Part shown: positions 14,144 through 27,287 of the stretch, one piece after another
How positions within the stretch are numbered: the first letter of the stretch is position 1
Layout of the letters: each line of letters opens with the position of its first letter
Source: Octopus vulgaris
Lineage: Eukaryota
NCBI GenBank assembly: GCA_951406725.2
Contig: OX597828.1
Coordinates: 37,882,001 to 37,946,000, forward strand
DNA length: 64,000 bases
Reading direction: 5' to 3'
Notes under the pieces: generated by a model
Database searches by the model: none
The model's input: the letters and a program-made list of their open reading frames with translations, nothing else
What the model was told of the DNA's origin: nothing
Made by a program: the position numbers and the translations under genes

Positions 14144-14418
14144 GTCTATGTGTGTGTTTATGCGTCTGTATATATCTATGTATGCATATTGCGCATAGAT
14201 ACACACTTGATGCAGCTATTTATATACAAACACACACACACACGCACCTAGTCACAGTTCGAATAACTCGTTGTCATTAATGAAGCCCGTAAATAAGTTA
14301 ATATCTATACAATATCGATCCACAATCAATATTAGCGTAATTCTATATTTGATCATCTCTCAGATAGACACAAACTCATAGCCTTTATATTTCTTTGTTT
14401 TTCTTTTACTTTTCTTTG

Positions 14419-14504
<86 letters not shown>

Positions 14505-15348
14505 ATGTTTCTTTTATATATGTATACATATATATATATATATATATTTCTTTTTTTTCTTTCGATGTTTCTGTTGTTTGTGTTGTTATATTAGTTTCTT
14601 TTTACCATTCCACTCTTGGAATAGAACATTTTCTAGAAGTTTAATTTTCATATCCATACCTTCTGATTTCTTTGATACACTTTACCACGTCTAATATAGC
14701 CTGTCTTACATTTTCCATCTGATGTTGGCGGTGGGTGGAATTCATTAAATTTCTTTTTTTCATTCTTTGCTTTCTTGCTACTCTCTCTCATGTAACCAAA
14801 TCTTTGCATAAAAAGACCTAAATTTAGACGATTTCACTCACCGTAGATAGAAAGATATGGAATTCTTTACGATGGAATAATGTACAAAGGATCTTTTGTT
14901 ATTTTACTATGGAGACTAGAGGGAAACTAACTTACTGACAAAATGAATTACGTTTTTTTTTCTTTTGGATGACATCATTTTGTTTATTTTATTTTTCGAT
15001 TTTCTTCTTATTTCAGTCTTTCTCTTATAGTGTTAAACAACAAAAAAAGTTAGATGAAAATATTATTACTACAACAAATATAGAAACAGAAAAAGGCACG
15101 GTCAACAATAACAGTAATAACATTATCGTCATCATCATCAACCACAACAACAACAACAACAAACAACATAAAAATTATTTCTTTCACAACAATAATCATA
15201 ATACCAATCTATCGATCATGATGATTAACACACACACATACACATACACACACAGGCATATCTATCATGTACATACATACGCACAGACATACATGTGTGT
15301 GTATGTATACACACACACACATACACACACACACACACACATATATAC

Positions 15349-15391
<43 letters not shown>

Positions 15392-15397
15392 ATATAT

Positions 15398-15470
15398 ATA
15401 TACCTCGACAACATTTCAAATGTTGCCACATTTGAAATGTGGCAACATTTGAAATGATGTCGAGGTATAT
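15398..15470. repeat. Near-perfect palindrome (36-bp arms, 1-nt centre)
   Basis: ATATACCTCGACAACATTTCAAATGTTGCCACATTT-G-AAATGTGGCAACATTTGAAATGATGTCGAGGTATAT, one mismatch. Confidence 0.9.
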
Positions 15471-15540
15471 GTTGGCTGATGAAGATAAATCAAGTATATG
15501 TGGGCAGACATATCTTGAAAAATCTGAAACCGGTACCACA
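15470..15540 (+). ncRNA. Type I hammerhead ribozyme motif (PLE-type), core intact
   Basis: Stem I TGTTGG/CCACA; CTGATGA 15476-15482; stem II AGAT..TCAAG.ATATGT-gggcag-ACATAT CTTGA..ATCT; GAAA 15526-15529; self-complementary ACCGGT stem III; GTA cleavage triplet ending at 15535. Confidence 0.8.
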
Positions 15541-15570
15541 TTATATATGTATATATATATATATGTATAC

Positions 15571-15609
<39 letters not shown>

Positions 15610-15641
15610 GACATATATATATATTTTTTTTTTTTTATATA

Positions 15642-15675
<34 letters not shown>

Positions 15676-15678
<3 letters not shown>

Positions 15679-15790
15679 AATCCAAACAAGAAAGCACAAC
15701 AACGCGAGGACGTGGAACAAATATAGTATTATTGGACGCTCAGGAAAGAAGGAAAGGAGAGTTTAACGTTTCGAGCGGAGCTCTTCGTCA
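15676..15790 (-). mobile_element. PLE pLTR-like fragment with 5'-truncated HHR, between (TA)n tracts
   Basis: Minus strand TGACGA-A-GAGC-TCC-GCTC-GAAA-CG-TT-AAAC (15790-15761). C3 and the stem I 5' strand are lost at the junction with (TA)n. Confidence 0.65.
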
Positions 15791-16199
15791 CATATATATA
15801 CATATATATTTATATACTGTCTGTGCTCCGGCATGGCCACAGCCTTAGGGCTGGAGCGTATAAAACAATAAAAGAATATATGTGTACAATATATGTATGC
15901 GTGTGTATGTGCGCATGGGTGCACAGGTTTTCCTTGTTTCAATCATTGGACTGAGAGTTGTGCCATGCTGGGGCATCTCCATTAAAGGTTTAATCGGGTA
16001 AATCGACAGTTCTTCTTTTTTGTAAACGATGGTAGTTATCCTATTGGCCATTTTGCCGAAACGCTAAGTTATAAAAACCTAGGCAATTCGAAACCCGATT
16101 GTCGAGAGTTAGTGGGGCAGAATCAGAAAAACAAAGACACGTACTCACACACACACATGCACACACACACACACACACACACATGCATACACACCACAC

Positions 16200-17297
16200 A
16201 CCACTATTTAGAACTCATGTGATATATCTTAGAGAGAAAGTACAATATCCTTCGCGTCTGTGGGGTTTCTGTTTGGGTAAATCGAAGCCTTTTCTGGGAT
16301 CGCCTATCGCAAGTTGCTGGCTTTTGTTTTGGAACCCGTTTTCAGAGGCTGCATTGCTTCAATGTACATTTGCTCAGTGGTCAGAGAAAATGGTATCTAG
16401 CCAACTGTTTCGAATCATAAGCAGCGTCCACCCCGAGTTTTCTGTTTCATCCGTTCCGTATGTACTCATTAAGTAGTCACTTTTTCAGAAGCTAAAGGCA
16501 TTGGGGAACATTATGTTTGAATTGGAACACTACAAGACAGTTTAGGCGCAAAAAACGCCACCGAAACGGAGTTGGATGCGGTAGTGATCTATGTGATCAA
16601 CGCCATTACAATACGACCCAGAGATGGAGCTGAGTACAGCATTGAGCTGAAGAGGCAAATCTCTCGCTGGATCACATAGAATAATGATGAAATCCTCACT
16701 CTGAACGGAGGCAGTAGGGCGACTCTTTCTCATACCTTCAGAAATGAAGCGAACTTTCACTGCTGCTTCGCTTTTAGTATGTTACGAAGAGTTTCTGTTT
16801 CCCTATTGCTTCCAGACCCGTTTCTGTCTGAACATTGGTTCGTAATTCTAGACATCTAAAGTTCTTACGATACACTCGTACATATCCAGGCATCTTCTTT
16901 TACCAATGGAGTACGGCTATAACGACATTTCTACCTTCATACGAACGAAGTTTCTACCTTCCTACACTTTTCCTCCTCGACTTTCGCTGCTCTGCCATAG
17001 GAACCAGTTCGTTTAGTTGCATTACTGTAGCCTTTGCTATTGCTGCTTTTGTCTTTTATTTTGTTACGGTTGTTGCTAGTTGTTTCTGCTTCTTCTGCTA
17101 GTTGTGGTGGTGGCCATTTTAGTTGGTTAAATAAATGGAATATATTCTCCGGCAAAAGTAGTGGAAGGGATATTTTCCTTATGAAGAGAGACTCTTCTTA
17201 TGAGGAGAGATTCTCTGCATCTCTGCTACTTTTATCAACTCCTACTCTCCTGTATTGACGGTCGTCCATCAAGCACAGCGCCATATTGGAATCTCCG
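16200..17297. mobile_element. Degenerate retroelement-like segment, unassigned (possible LINE 5' end)
   Basis: Higher-GC, broken coding-like sequence. The minus strand starts GGAGATTCCAATATGGCG (YY1-like, as at L1-clade 5' ends), followed by a K/E/S-rich frame. No diagnostic domain recognised. Confidence 0.3.
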
Positions 17298-17657
17298 GTT
17301 TACGTTATTTATATATATTGTCCTGCAAAAATATTTTTAGATGAGAAGTGATAAAAAAATGCACAGTAAGATTAATAAAGAATATTAAAGAAAATCAAAC
17401 ACATTTTGTTCGAGACATTATTCTTCAACGCGTTCCCTAGACAAAAGATTTTCCAAACCACGTCTATCGAAACCATCGTTATGAATTTTTTATAAGTGTA
17501 CAGTTTTACGGTTAAGATTTTAGTTACATTTTTAAAGATAGTTTTACATTGCTCGTTTCTGTTCTTTGCAAGGGAGAGATATATCGAAATATTTTTCCTC
17601 GCTAGTGAAATGCAACAAAATACAATATCATTCTATCTTTATGCGTTTTTGATTCTC

Positions 17658-17727
17658 GGGCCCTAAAACTCATAAGGGCCCTAAAACTCATAAGGGCCCT
17701 AAAACTCATAAGGGCCCTAAACTCATA
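17658..17727. repeat. 18-bp tandem repeat x4
   Basis: (GGGCCCTAAAACTCATAA)x3 plus one variant unit. Confidence 0.95.
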
Positions 17728-18047
17728 CTCAGTTTCCATGGCACGTCAGTGAGCAAGATTACAACTTTCACCCTAAGTGAGATGCCGATACATTGAAGGT
17801 TTCAAGACCATTGATTGTTTGAGAGTGGTGGGGCGGGTAGCAATCGATTATATGAACTTCAGTACGTGACTAATACTTTAGTTTATCGACTTCGAAGGGA
17901 TGAAATACAAACTTGACCCCGGCATGTTTTGAACCCGGGACATAAAGATCCGAAAGAAATGCTGCTAAACATATTGGCCAGCGTGCTAACGATTCTTCCA
18001 GCTTAAAACCATACTCAATCTTCATAAGCTCGTTTAATATGATTTAT

Positions 18048-18468
18048 CATCATCATCATCATTGTTCGACCGTGGTCGAGACAATGGAGTTTACCATGCT
18101 ACGCCAGACTTCACGGTCCATCATGGCATTACGGAGGTCCTGTTGCTGGATGCCTGTATCCCTGGAGATTACATCAGGGTAGGAGAGTGTGCGCCCTCTG
18201 GTATTGCGAGTAGATGGCTTCCAGAGGAGAAGAGTAGAAATTACTTCTTTTTCAGCTCTACAACAATGTCCAGCAAACTGGACTCTCCTACCTTTCACAA
18301 GAGATGACACAGGTGGTAATTTCCCATATATTTGCATTTTGGTTGGATGGCGCTTCCACGAGAGATTTTGAGCTCTCATAAGGAGGCGAGTGTAGGTTCC
18401 ATCCAACCGCCTCTCAAGCTTCTTTGATAGCGTCCAGGTTTCTGAGCCATATAGTAGAATTGGTTCGA
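18048..18468 (-). mobile_element. RTE-clade LINE, 5'-truncated 3' end with uninterrupted frame
   Basis: EPILLYGSETWTLSKKLERRLDGTYTRLLMRAQNLSW...RRVQFAGHCCR...AMMDREVWRSMV, stop, then a (TGA)n tail. Candidate TSD ATTTAT at 18042-18047 and 18469-18474. Confidence 0.9.
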
Positions 18469-18994
18469 ATTTATACTTCTTCCTGTTTTTCTCTATTCTA
18501 TTATGAAGTCAGTAAAATTCTTAGAAGGACGCCGTTATTCCAATTTTGTTTCAATCGCTTCAGCGCAAAGTAATTGCGGGTCAATTAATTACATTTGTAA
18601 TTAGCAAAAAAGAAAAAATTTAGAATGCGAAAAGTAATGGAATATTTAATGGAAATGTTTGACCAAGAGAATGACATATACACATAAATGTAAGTATTAC
18701 GCATAAATTGGTGTATATGTGGATAGATCGGTAGATGTAGAGATGAAACACATAGACACATAACGATCTGGAATCGAGCAGAAGCCATCATTAGAATGAC
18801 ACAACTTTTCCACTATGTGCACAAGGCCTTAAATAAGTACCAGTCGATTCCAAGTCGACCACGAAAGGACAAAAAATGTGGACTTCGTTAGAATTAGATC
18901 TCAGAACTTAAAGAACAGAATACTGCTAAATATTCTGTCTGGGATGCCAATGATTCTGCCAGGCCGTTGTATATAATAATAGTGTGTGTGTTTA

Positions 18995-19063
<69 letters not shown>

Positions 19064-19148
19064 TCCACTCAAAACATACACGATTTATTATTACTGAAGA
19101 ATGGTCTCACATGCACACGCACGCAAATACACACGAATATATACATTC

Positions 19149-19185
<37 letters not shown>

Positions 19186-19414
19186 CGTGTGTGTATAAGA
19201 TCCAGGGATCGAGATTTAAGAAGAAAGTAGCCGCCACGATTCCTTACCATTCTCTCTTGCTTTCTTCATACCTATATATTTTCCTTCCTCTTTACCAAAA
19301 ATATTTCGCTACCTCTTCCCTCCACATTATCTTTTTTCCAATACCACTCCCCTCGCTAATTTCTGTAATTCGGCCATTACAGCCCTATTGAATACTACCG
19401 GTCATATGACCTTC

Positions 19415-19535
19415 CTTGAATCCCTCATTCCTGTCACTCCCTTATATTTGTTTCCTTTTTCCCTTCTATCAATCCCTGAATTCCTCATTCCTGTCGCTCC
19501 CTTATATTTGTTTCCTTTTTCCCTTCTATCAATCC
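19415..19535. repeat. 60-bp tandem duplication
   Basis: Two near-identical units of CTTGAATCCCTCATTCCTGTCACTCCCTTATATTTGTTTCCTTTTTCCCTTCTATCAATC. Confidence 0.9.
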
Positions 19536-19781
19536 TTATTTCCTTCAGCATTTATATTCTCCATTCCTAGTGGGCTCTCTACACAATCTGATTTAATCAA
19601 GATGTCCTCGGCATAAAGAGTAGCCAGCAGTATACACCTCGCTTGGATATTTACCATATTTAACGTATGTAGCCCGGATTTTACCAACTCTACTCCTTAA
19701 CTCTTGCATATATATATATATATATATAATGAGATAAAAAAAACGACGCTTTGTAGATTTTAGAACATTTATAGACAGAAG

Positions 19782-19829
19782 GTCTTACAGCAGTTTCCAG
19801 GATATTTATTATATCCCTTCATCGGAGAC
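19782..19829 (-). ncRNA. Minimal type I HHR motif (U4C variant) in a PLE-like end next to (TA)n
   Basis: Minus strand GTCT-CCGATGA-A-GGGATAT-aataa-ATATCCT-G-GAAA-C-tgct-G-TA-AGAC. The host segment ends at the (TA)n near 19728. Confidence 0.7.
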
Positions 19830-20208
19830 GGTGTGAGAGGATGGTTAAGAAATAGTTAACTTTGATAAGATATAACATAGAGAGTGAGTTGGAGGAAATG
19901 AAAGAATATAGATGTGAGATGTGTAATGATATTGCATCTGTAGATCCAATTTTGTTTGGGCAGAATGTTATAGATATAAGATTCCAATACCTTACGAGTA
20001 AAATCTCATTACGAAAAAAACTTTTATATACACGCGCTGACATATAACCAACGTTGAACCCCTTATTCGCATAATCATCGAACCTGCAACTTAACTACGG
20101 TCTATCTATAGCACTTATTCAGCATTACTGGCACTTTTGGGTCTCAATGACACCATTACCTCTCATAACCTCTCTCTATATACATACATACATACATGCA
20201 CACAGACG

Positions 20209-20290
<82 letters not shown>

Positions 20291-20384
20291 AATACCCACT
20301 TCAACACATGCACACACGTCAAGCAGGAAATGATGACACTATTAAGTCGATCCATGGAAATATTCTTAATAGAATATTACAATA

Positions 20385-22430
<2,046 letters not shown>

Positions 22431-22841
22431 TCGTACTATCACAATTTCTTTCTCTCTCTCCTTCTCTCTTCAATACTCTTTTTTCTCCCGCAATATTTAA
22501 ACACCTTTCTACGTGACTTCAAAACACGTACATTGTCTCACAGTCACGTAGAGTGAGAATATTTTTCTTGTGTAGAAAATGTCTTCCGCAGAAAATATCT
22601 AAGTAGCTTTTCTTTAGAGCTTGGGATATAGGGATATATGTGTGTGCGTGTGTGTCTGTGTGTCTCTGTGTGTCTCTTTGCATGTATGTATATATATATA
22701 TATATATATGTATAAGTATTTATGTATATACATATATACACACATGTATATCTACATATGTACAAATATATGTATGTACATATATACATATATACTTACA
22801 TATAAACACAAACACACTATATATACATATATATACATATG

Positions 22842-22872
<31 letters not shown>

Positions 22873-22891
22873 ATGTGCGTGTGTGTGTGCT

Positions 22892-22931
<40 letters not shown>

Positions 22932-23305
22932 ATTGCTGTAAATTGTATTGTGCTGTATTATGGAGCCGCCCAAAAGGCTTCCTTGTAATGTTCTCTCCAG
23001 AGACTATTGTCAGTCGAATTGAGAAACGGCCCATAATTACGTTAAAATTTTGGAATAAGGTTTCCGAACGACTTCTCTAAATTTCATTATTGGCTGTCAT
23101 AATTCACACTTTCATAGTTTATTCAGAAATGGAAGGAAAACGAACGTGATTCTTTCTCAGAATTGGCGGAAAGAAAAGAGACAGCTATCCTTAAACTGGA
23201 GACCTAGATCCGTTGCTTGCATAGATTGGTTTGTGATAAAAGTATCCGATCGTGATATAGGGGGGTTAAATCGACTGACGGATTGTATATAACATATAAG
23301 AAAAA

Positions 23306-23535
23306 GGCGGCGAGCTGGTAGAAATGTTTGCACGCCAGGCGAAATTCGTAACCGTATTTCGTCTGTCGTTACGTTCCGAGTTCAAATTCCGCCGAGGTAG
23401 ACTTTGCCTTTCATCCTTTCGGGGTCGATAAATTAATTACCAGTTACGCACTGGGGTCGATGTAGTCGACTTAATCCGTTTGTCTGTCCTTGTTTGTCCC
23501 CTCTGTGTTTAGCCCCTTGTGGGTAGTAAAGAAAT
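23306..23535 (+). mobile_element. tRNA-derived SINE family B, full length
   Basis: GGCGGCGAGCTGGTAGAA...GAGTTCAAATTCC...GCCTTTCATCCTTTCGGGGTCGATAAATTAATTACCAG (Deu/Nin-like central domain, by recall)...AGCCCCTTGTGGGTAGTAAAGAAAT. TSD ATATAAGAAAAAG at 23294-23306 and 23536-23548. Confidence 0.9.
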
Positions 23536-23814
23536 ATATAAGAAAAAGAACTTCTCCTTCGATGGGTTGCCACAAATTTTTAGAGGCTGTCTGTGCCTTA
23601 CGGTCTAATGTGGATCTATGGGAAACGACACTTGACGCGCACTAGTGTCAATCACGGTGTGATGTACTTGAATTAGCTGTACCAGCAATTATTTATACAG
23701 TTTGGTACATTTACAATGGGTCATTTGCAATGACGCATTGTCTCTTAAATAAGAGCCATTTATATTCAAATTGTTCTTTTATATGAGTTTTCTTATCCCC
23801 AGTCACCGCCCATT

Positions 23815-24042
23815 CTCTGTTACTCTTTATTTGTTTCGGTCATTTAGCTGTGGCCATGCTGGAGCACCGCCTTTAGTCGAGCAAATCGACCACAGGACTT
23901 ATTCTTTGTAAGCCTAGTACTTATTCCATCAGTCTCTTTTGCCGAACCGCTAAGTTACGGGGACGTAAACACACCACCATCAGTTGTCAAGCGATGTTGA
24001 GGGGGGAGGACAAACACAGATACAGAAACATATATGCACACG

Positions 24043-24074
<32 letters not shown>

Positions 24075-24160
24075 CGACAGGCTTCTTTCAGTTTCCATCT
24101 ACCAAATCCACTCACAAGGCTTTGGTCGGCCCGGGGCCATAGTAGAAGACACTTGCCCTG
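23815..24160 (-). mobile_element. SINE family A (lacking head), with internal (TA)n
   Basis: Reverse complement of family A from GGGCAAGTGTCTTCT to the 3' end. Confidence 0.85.
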
Positions 24161-24667
24161 TAATAATAAACATAATGTAGTTTAATATTTGTGTCTGGTT
24201 GAGGCAGCGAACCGGCTGGAACGTTAGCACGCCGAGTCAAAACAAAACAACAGCGAGTCAATTTTAACTGAGTCTTTAACGACTCTTACCATTTTGCAAT
24301 CTTGTTGATACACCAATAGGAAGTTATTTTTTTTTAGTTCTGTTCAACTTTGACCTCAGGAATTTGTTGAATTCTGTTTACTAACCATAAAACAATGTTT
24401 TTGTTTTTTTGTTTTTTTTACCAGCCTCCTATGGTTCTATACCGGAATTTATATTTATATTCTCAATAAAAATACAACAGATGTTTATGAAAGCATGTAA
24501 TTCCTTTGCTGCTATTTTTCCTTTCTTTTTCTGTTTTCGTTTAGCTTTATTGCTGAAGCAAATATATCTAAGAAACAAAGAATATCAATAGCAATCACTG
24601 GCTGAGTAATAAAATAACAACGGTATCAAAAGAAATATGTCAAGATGAAGAATTTGAATTAAAATAT

Positions 24668-25110
24668 TGGCGCTGAAATTGCTCTGTGGTTAAGAAACTC
24701 GTTTTCTAACCACGGGGTTTCATAGTTTGGCCAAACGGTGAACCAACTTGGGCGAGTGTTTTCTACTTTAGCTCTAGTGCGATAATGCTTTTTGACTGAA
24801 TTTGGTAAATGCAAGATGGGGAAGCATGCCCTGTTAACGTATATGTGCATATCTATGTCTGTACATAATTCTGCGGCTGTGTTTGCAGTTATTCCCCCAC
24901 TACCGCTTGACACCTAGTGTTGGCCTGTTTACATTCGCGAAACTAGCGTTCGGCAAGAGAGGTTCATAAAATAAACATTAGATGGGTTTTTTGGGGGATT
25001 TTCTTTTTAAATAAGTGGTGAGGTGACTTTGTTCGAATAATCCCTTGAAAGAGTGCTCCAGAATTGCCGCAGTCCAATGACTGAAACAAGTAATCGATTA
25101 AAGATAAAAG
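24668..25110 (+). mobile_element. SINE family A, diverged full length
   Basis: Head GGCGCTGAAATTGCTCTGTGGTTAAG through to AATGACTGAAACAAGTAA. Confidence 0.7.
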
Positions 25111-25173
25111 AAAACTATTGAGCAATTTTTTGTATAAATATATATATATACACACACACATACACACATTTAT

Positions 25174-25212
<39 letters not shown>

Positions 25213-25264
25213 CATATAAGAGGAATGATCACTAGGTGGACTCCTAATATGCTAAATTTAGATC

Positions 25265-25309
<45 letters not shown>

Positions 25310-25314
<5 letters not shown>

Positions 25315-25770
25315 CAAGCTTCAAAGGTTGTTAAAGCCGCTTCAGACATTTGTTCAGCATACGCAAAAGGCGCTTCTGCTGTTTGCAAGTGTACAGAAAT
25401 GGCTTCTACAAGTTAAAGAGATGAAGTTCAACTTCACAGACTCTTAACTCTGCGGCCGACCTATTTATTTCAATGTGGATTGATTGAACGAACTCATTCA
25501 GAGGCTATCTTCGCCGATCTACAAGAGATATGCCACAGTAGACGGGATACTCTCATTTTACTGTCAGTCACCCGTCACCTATACCCGATCGGTAAGGTCC
25601 AAAAACTGGACTCATGGGTGCTACGTACTCTGAACGAAAAAGACAAGCACCATTGCTCTTCTATTGCCGCCAGTTTATTTAATCAACATCATGTTACACG
25701 GGAACACATAGAGGGATTTCTCAACCTCATTGCCATCGGCGAAGGAAAATGGTATCTTTACTTCAATATC
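25310..25770 (+). pseudogene. mariner-family transposase fragment
   Basis: VTRHLYPIGKVQKLDSWVLRTLNEKDK...FLNLIAIGEGKWYLYFN corresponds to degenerate WVPHEL and IVTGDEKWxxY motifs. Confidence 0.8.
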
Positions 25771-25844
25771 CTTCAGAGGAATCTATATGGTCATAACTCT
25801 CCCTCTCTCTCTCTCTCCCTCTCTCTCCCCCTCCCTCTCTATGC

Positions 25845-26170
25845 TGAAAGCCCCTTCGGTCATGAGTGACCATGGGATTGCACCTAGAAAGTTACCCTCC
25901 CAGGCACAAGTCCGGGCAATGATGTTTATGGAAGACCAGCAGTCGCCCATGCATAACGGCCTCACCTCTCCATGCCACCAGTGTTATCCAAGGAAAAGGC
26001 AAAAGCAGATACAGCTTGGCATCTTTGATGTCGCAACTCATTTCTACAGCTGAGTGAACTGGAGCAACATGAAATAAAGTGTTTTGCTCAAGAATACAAC
26101 ATGCAGCCCAGTCCGGGATTTGAACTCACAATCTCACGTAAGCTCGACGCCCCAACCACTGAGCCATGCT
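25845..26170 (-). mobile_element. tRNA-derived SINE (head 2-type + tail Z)
   Basis: Minus-strand head GCATGGCTCAGTGGTTGGGGCGTCGAGC...GAGTTCAAATCC. The central TTTATTTCATGTTGCTCCAGTTCACTCAGCTG is shared with 5329-5655, followed by a different tail. Confidence 0.75.
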
Positions 26171-26196
26171 CATATATATATATATATATATATCTA

Positions 26197-26414
26197 CAGG
26201 GTGCGTAAGGTATTTGAGAACATACAATTTTGGGGGTCATTGCTGAAATTTTTGCTAACTCTATATAATCTTTGTTTCAGAAAGCATTAATGGTAGAACC
26301 TCAGCTTACTGAAGAAATGAAGAGGCATGATGTTATTGTGGTTTTCAAGGCTGAGCATAGCAATTTAGAAATATCTTGAGTTTTAAATGTTGCCAGATCT
26401 TTTGTGTATAAAAA
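26197..26414 (+). mobile_element. Tc1/maT-like transposon, left end and N-terminus
   Basis: TA|CAGGGTG terminus. MVEPQLTEEMKRHDVIVVFKAEHSNLEIS*VLNVARSFVYK is an HTH-like transposase start. Confidence 0.6.
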
Positions 26415-26791
26415 ATCAACATTTCCTTCGTCAGCTCAAAGATTTCTTTTGATTTGGATTTGAGAAATGTTGATCTTTATATTCAACTAATCCAGAAACG
26501 GCCGTTCTCAAGTAATCTTATGTACGTGTGATCTTTCGTTATTTTTCCCTCTATACCCGTTTGAATTAGTTTTGAGTATGCATTGTCTGGGAGATTTTTA
26601 TTATAGTAGAAGAAATAGCTAAGATTTTTTGGCTGCTATTTCTAAAAGTTCGATGTGTGGTAAAGTAAATTATTTTACTGAACCCTAATTATATAACGTA
26701 ATGTTTTAAATATACCGTAAATGGTCTTTTTACATACTGAACACTACTTGGTAAAATTAATTAATAATTGATTAATTTTACCCTTTTATTT

Positions 26792-26797
<6 letters not shown>
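26415..26797 (+). mobile_element. Fold-back PLE pLTR-like element with split HHR
   Basis: The inverted short arm 26415-26440 reads TTTGAG-CTGACGAAGG-AAATGTTGAT on the minus strand. The forward arm from 26459 reads TTTGAG-[10-nt deletion]-AAATGTTGA..TCAAC.TCC-A-GAAA-CGGCCG-TT-CTCAA and ends at (TA)n. Confidence 0.65.
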
Positions 26798-26834
<37 letters not shown>

Positions 26835-26845
<11 letters not shown>

Positions 26846-27222
26846 ATTCGAGACAAAACCACTATTTTAAAACCAAACAAGGAAAGACTTAATCAATACA
26901 TAAATTTTAATATAAATTAAATAAACCGCCACTACAAATGTTTCATGTCTGCTCCGACAATCTTCAGGTGGATTTTCGATCTTCTAATCAGTATCAAATT
27001 TTGAAAATCCACCTGAAGATTGTCGGAGCAGACATGAAACATTTGTAGTGGCGGTTTATTTAATTTATATTAAAATTTATGTATTGATTAAGTCTTTCCT
27101 TGTTTGGTTTTAAAATAGTGGTTTTGTCTCGAATTATATTATATAATATTTTACTATAAAATTGGATTTAACCCTAAATCTGATTTTTCCCTGTAATTTT
27201 GGATTCATTCCCTAATATTTAT

Positions 27223-27225
<3 letters not shown>
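26835..27225 (+). mobile_element. Fold-back PLE pLTR-like element: perfect 143-bp inverted repeat within (TA)n
   Basis: Arms 26835-26977 and 27003-27145 are exact reverse complements with a 25-nt spacer. The right arm extends about 80 nt further. (TA)n on both sides. Confidence 0.9.
27009..27051 (+). ncRNA. Minimal type I HHR motif (mirror copy 26929-26971 on minus strand)
   Basis: CCAC-CTGAAGA-T-TGTC-ggagca-GACA-T-GAAA-C-attt-G-TA-GTGG. The 10.1/11.1 position is a U-U mismatch. Confidence 0.7.
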
Positions 27226-27287
<62 letters not shown>

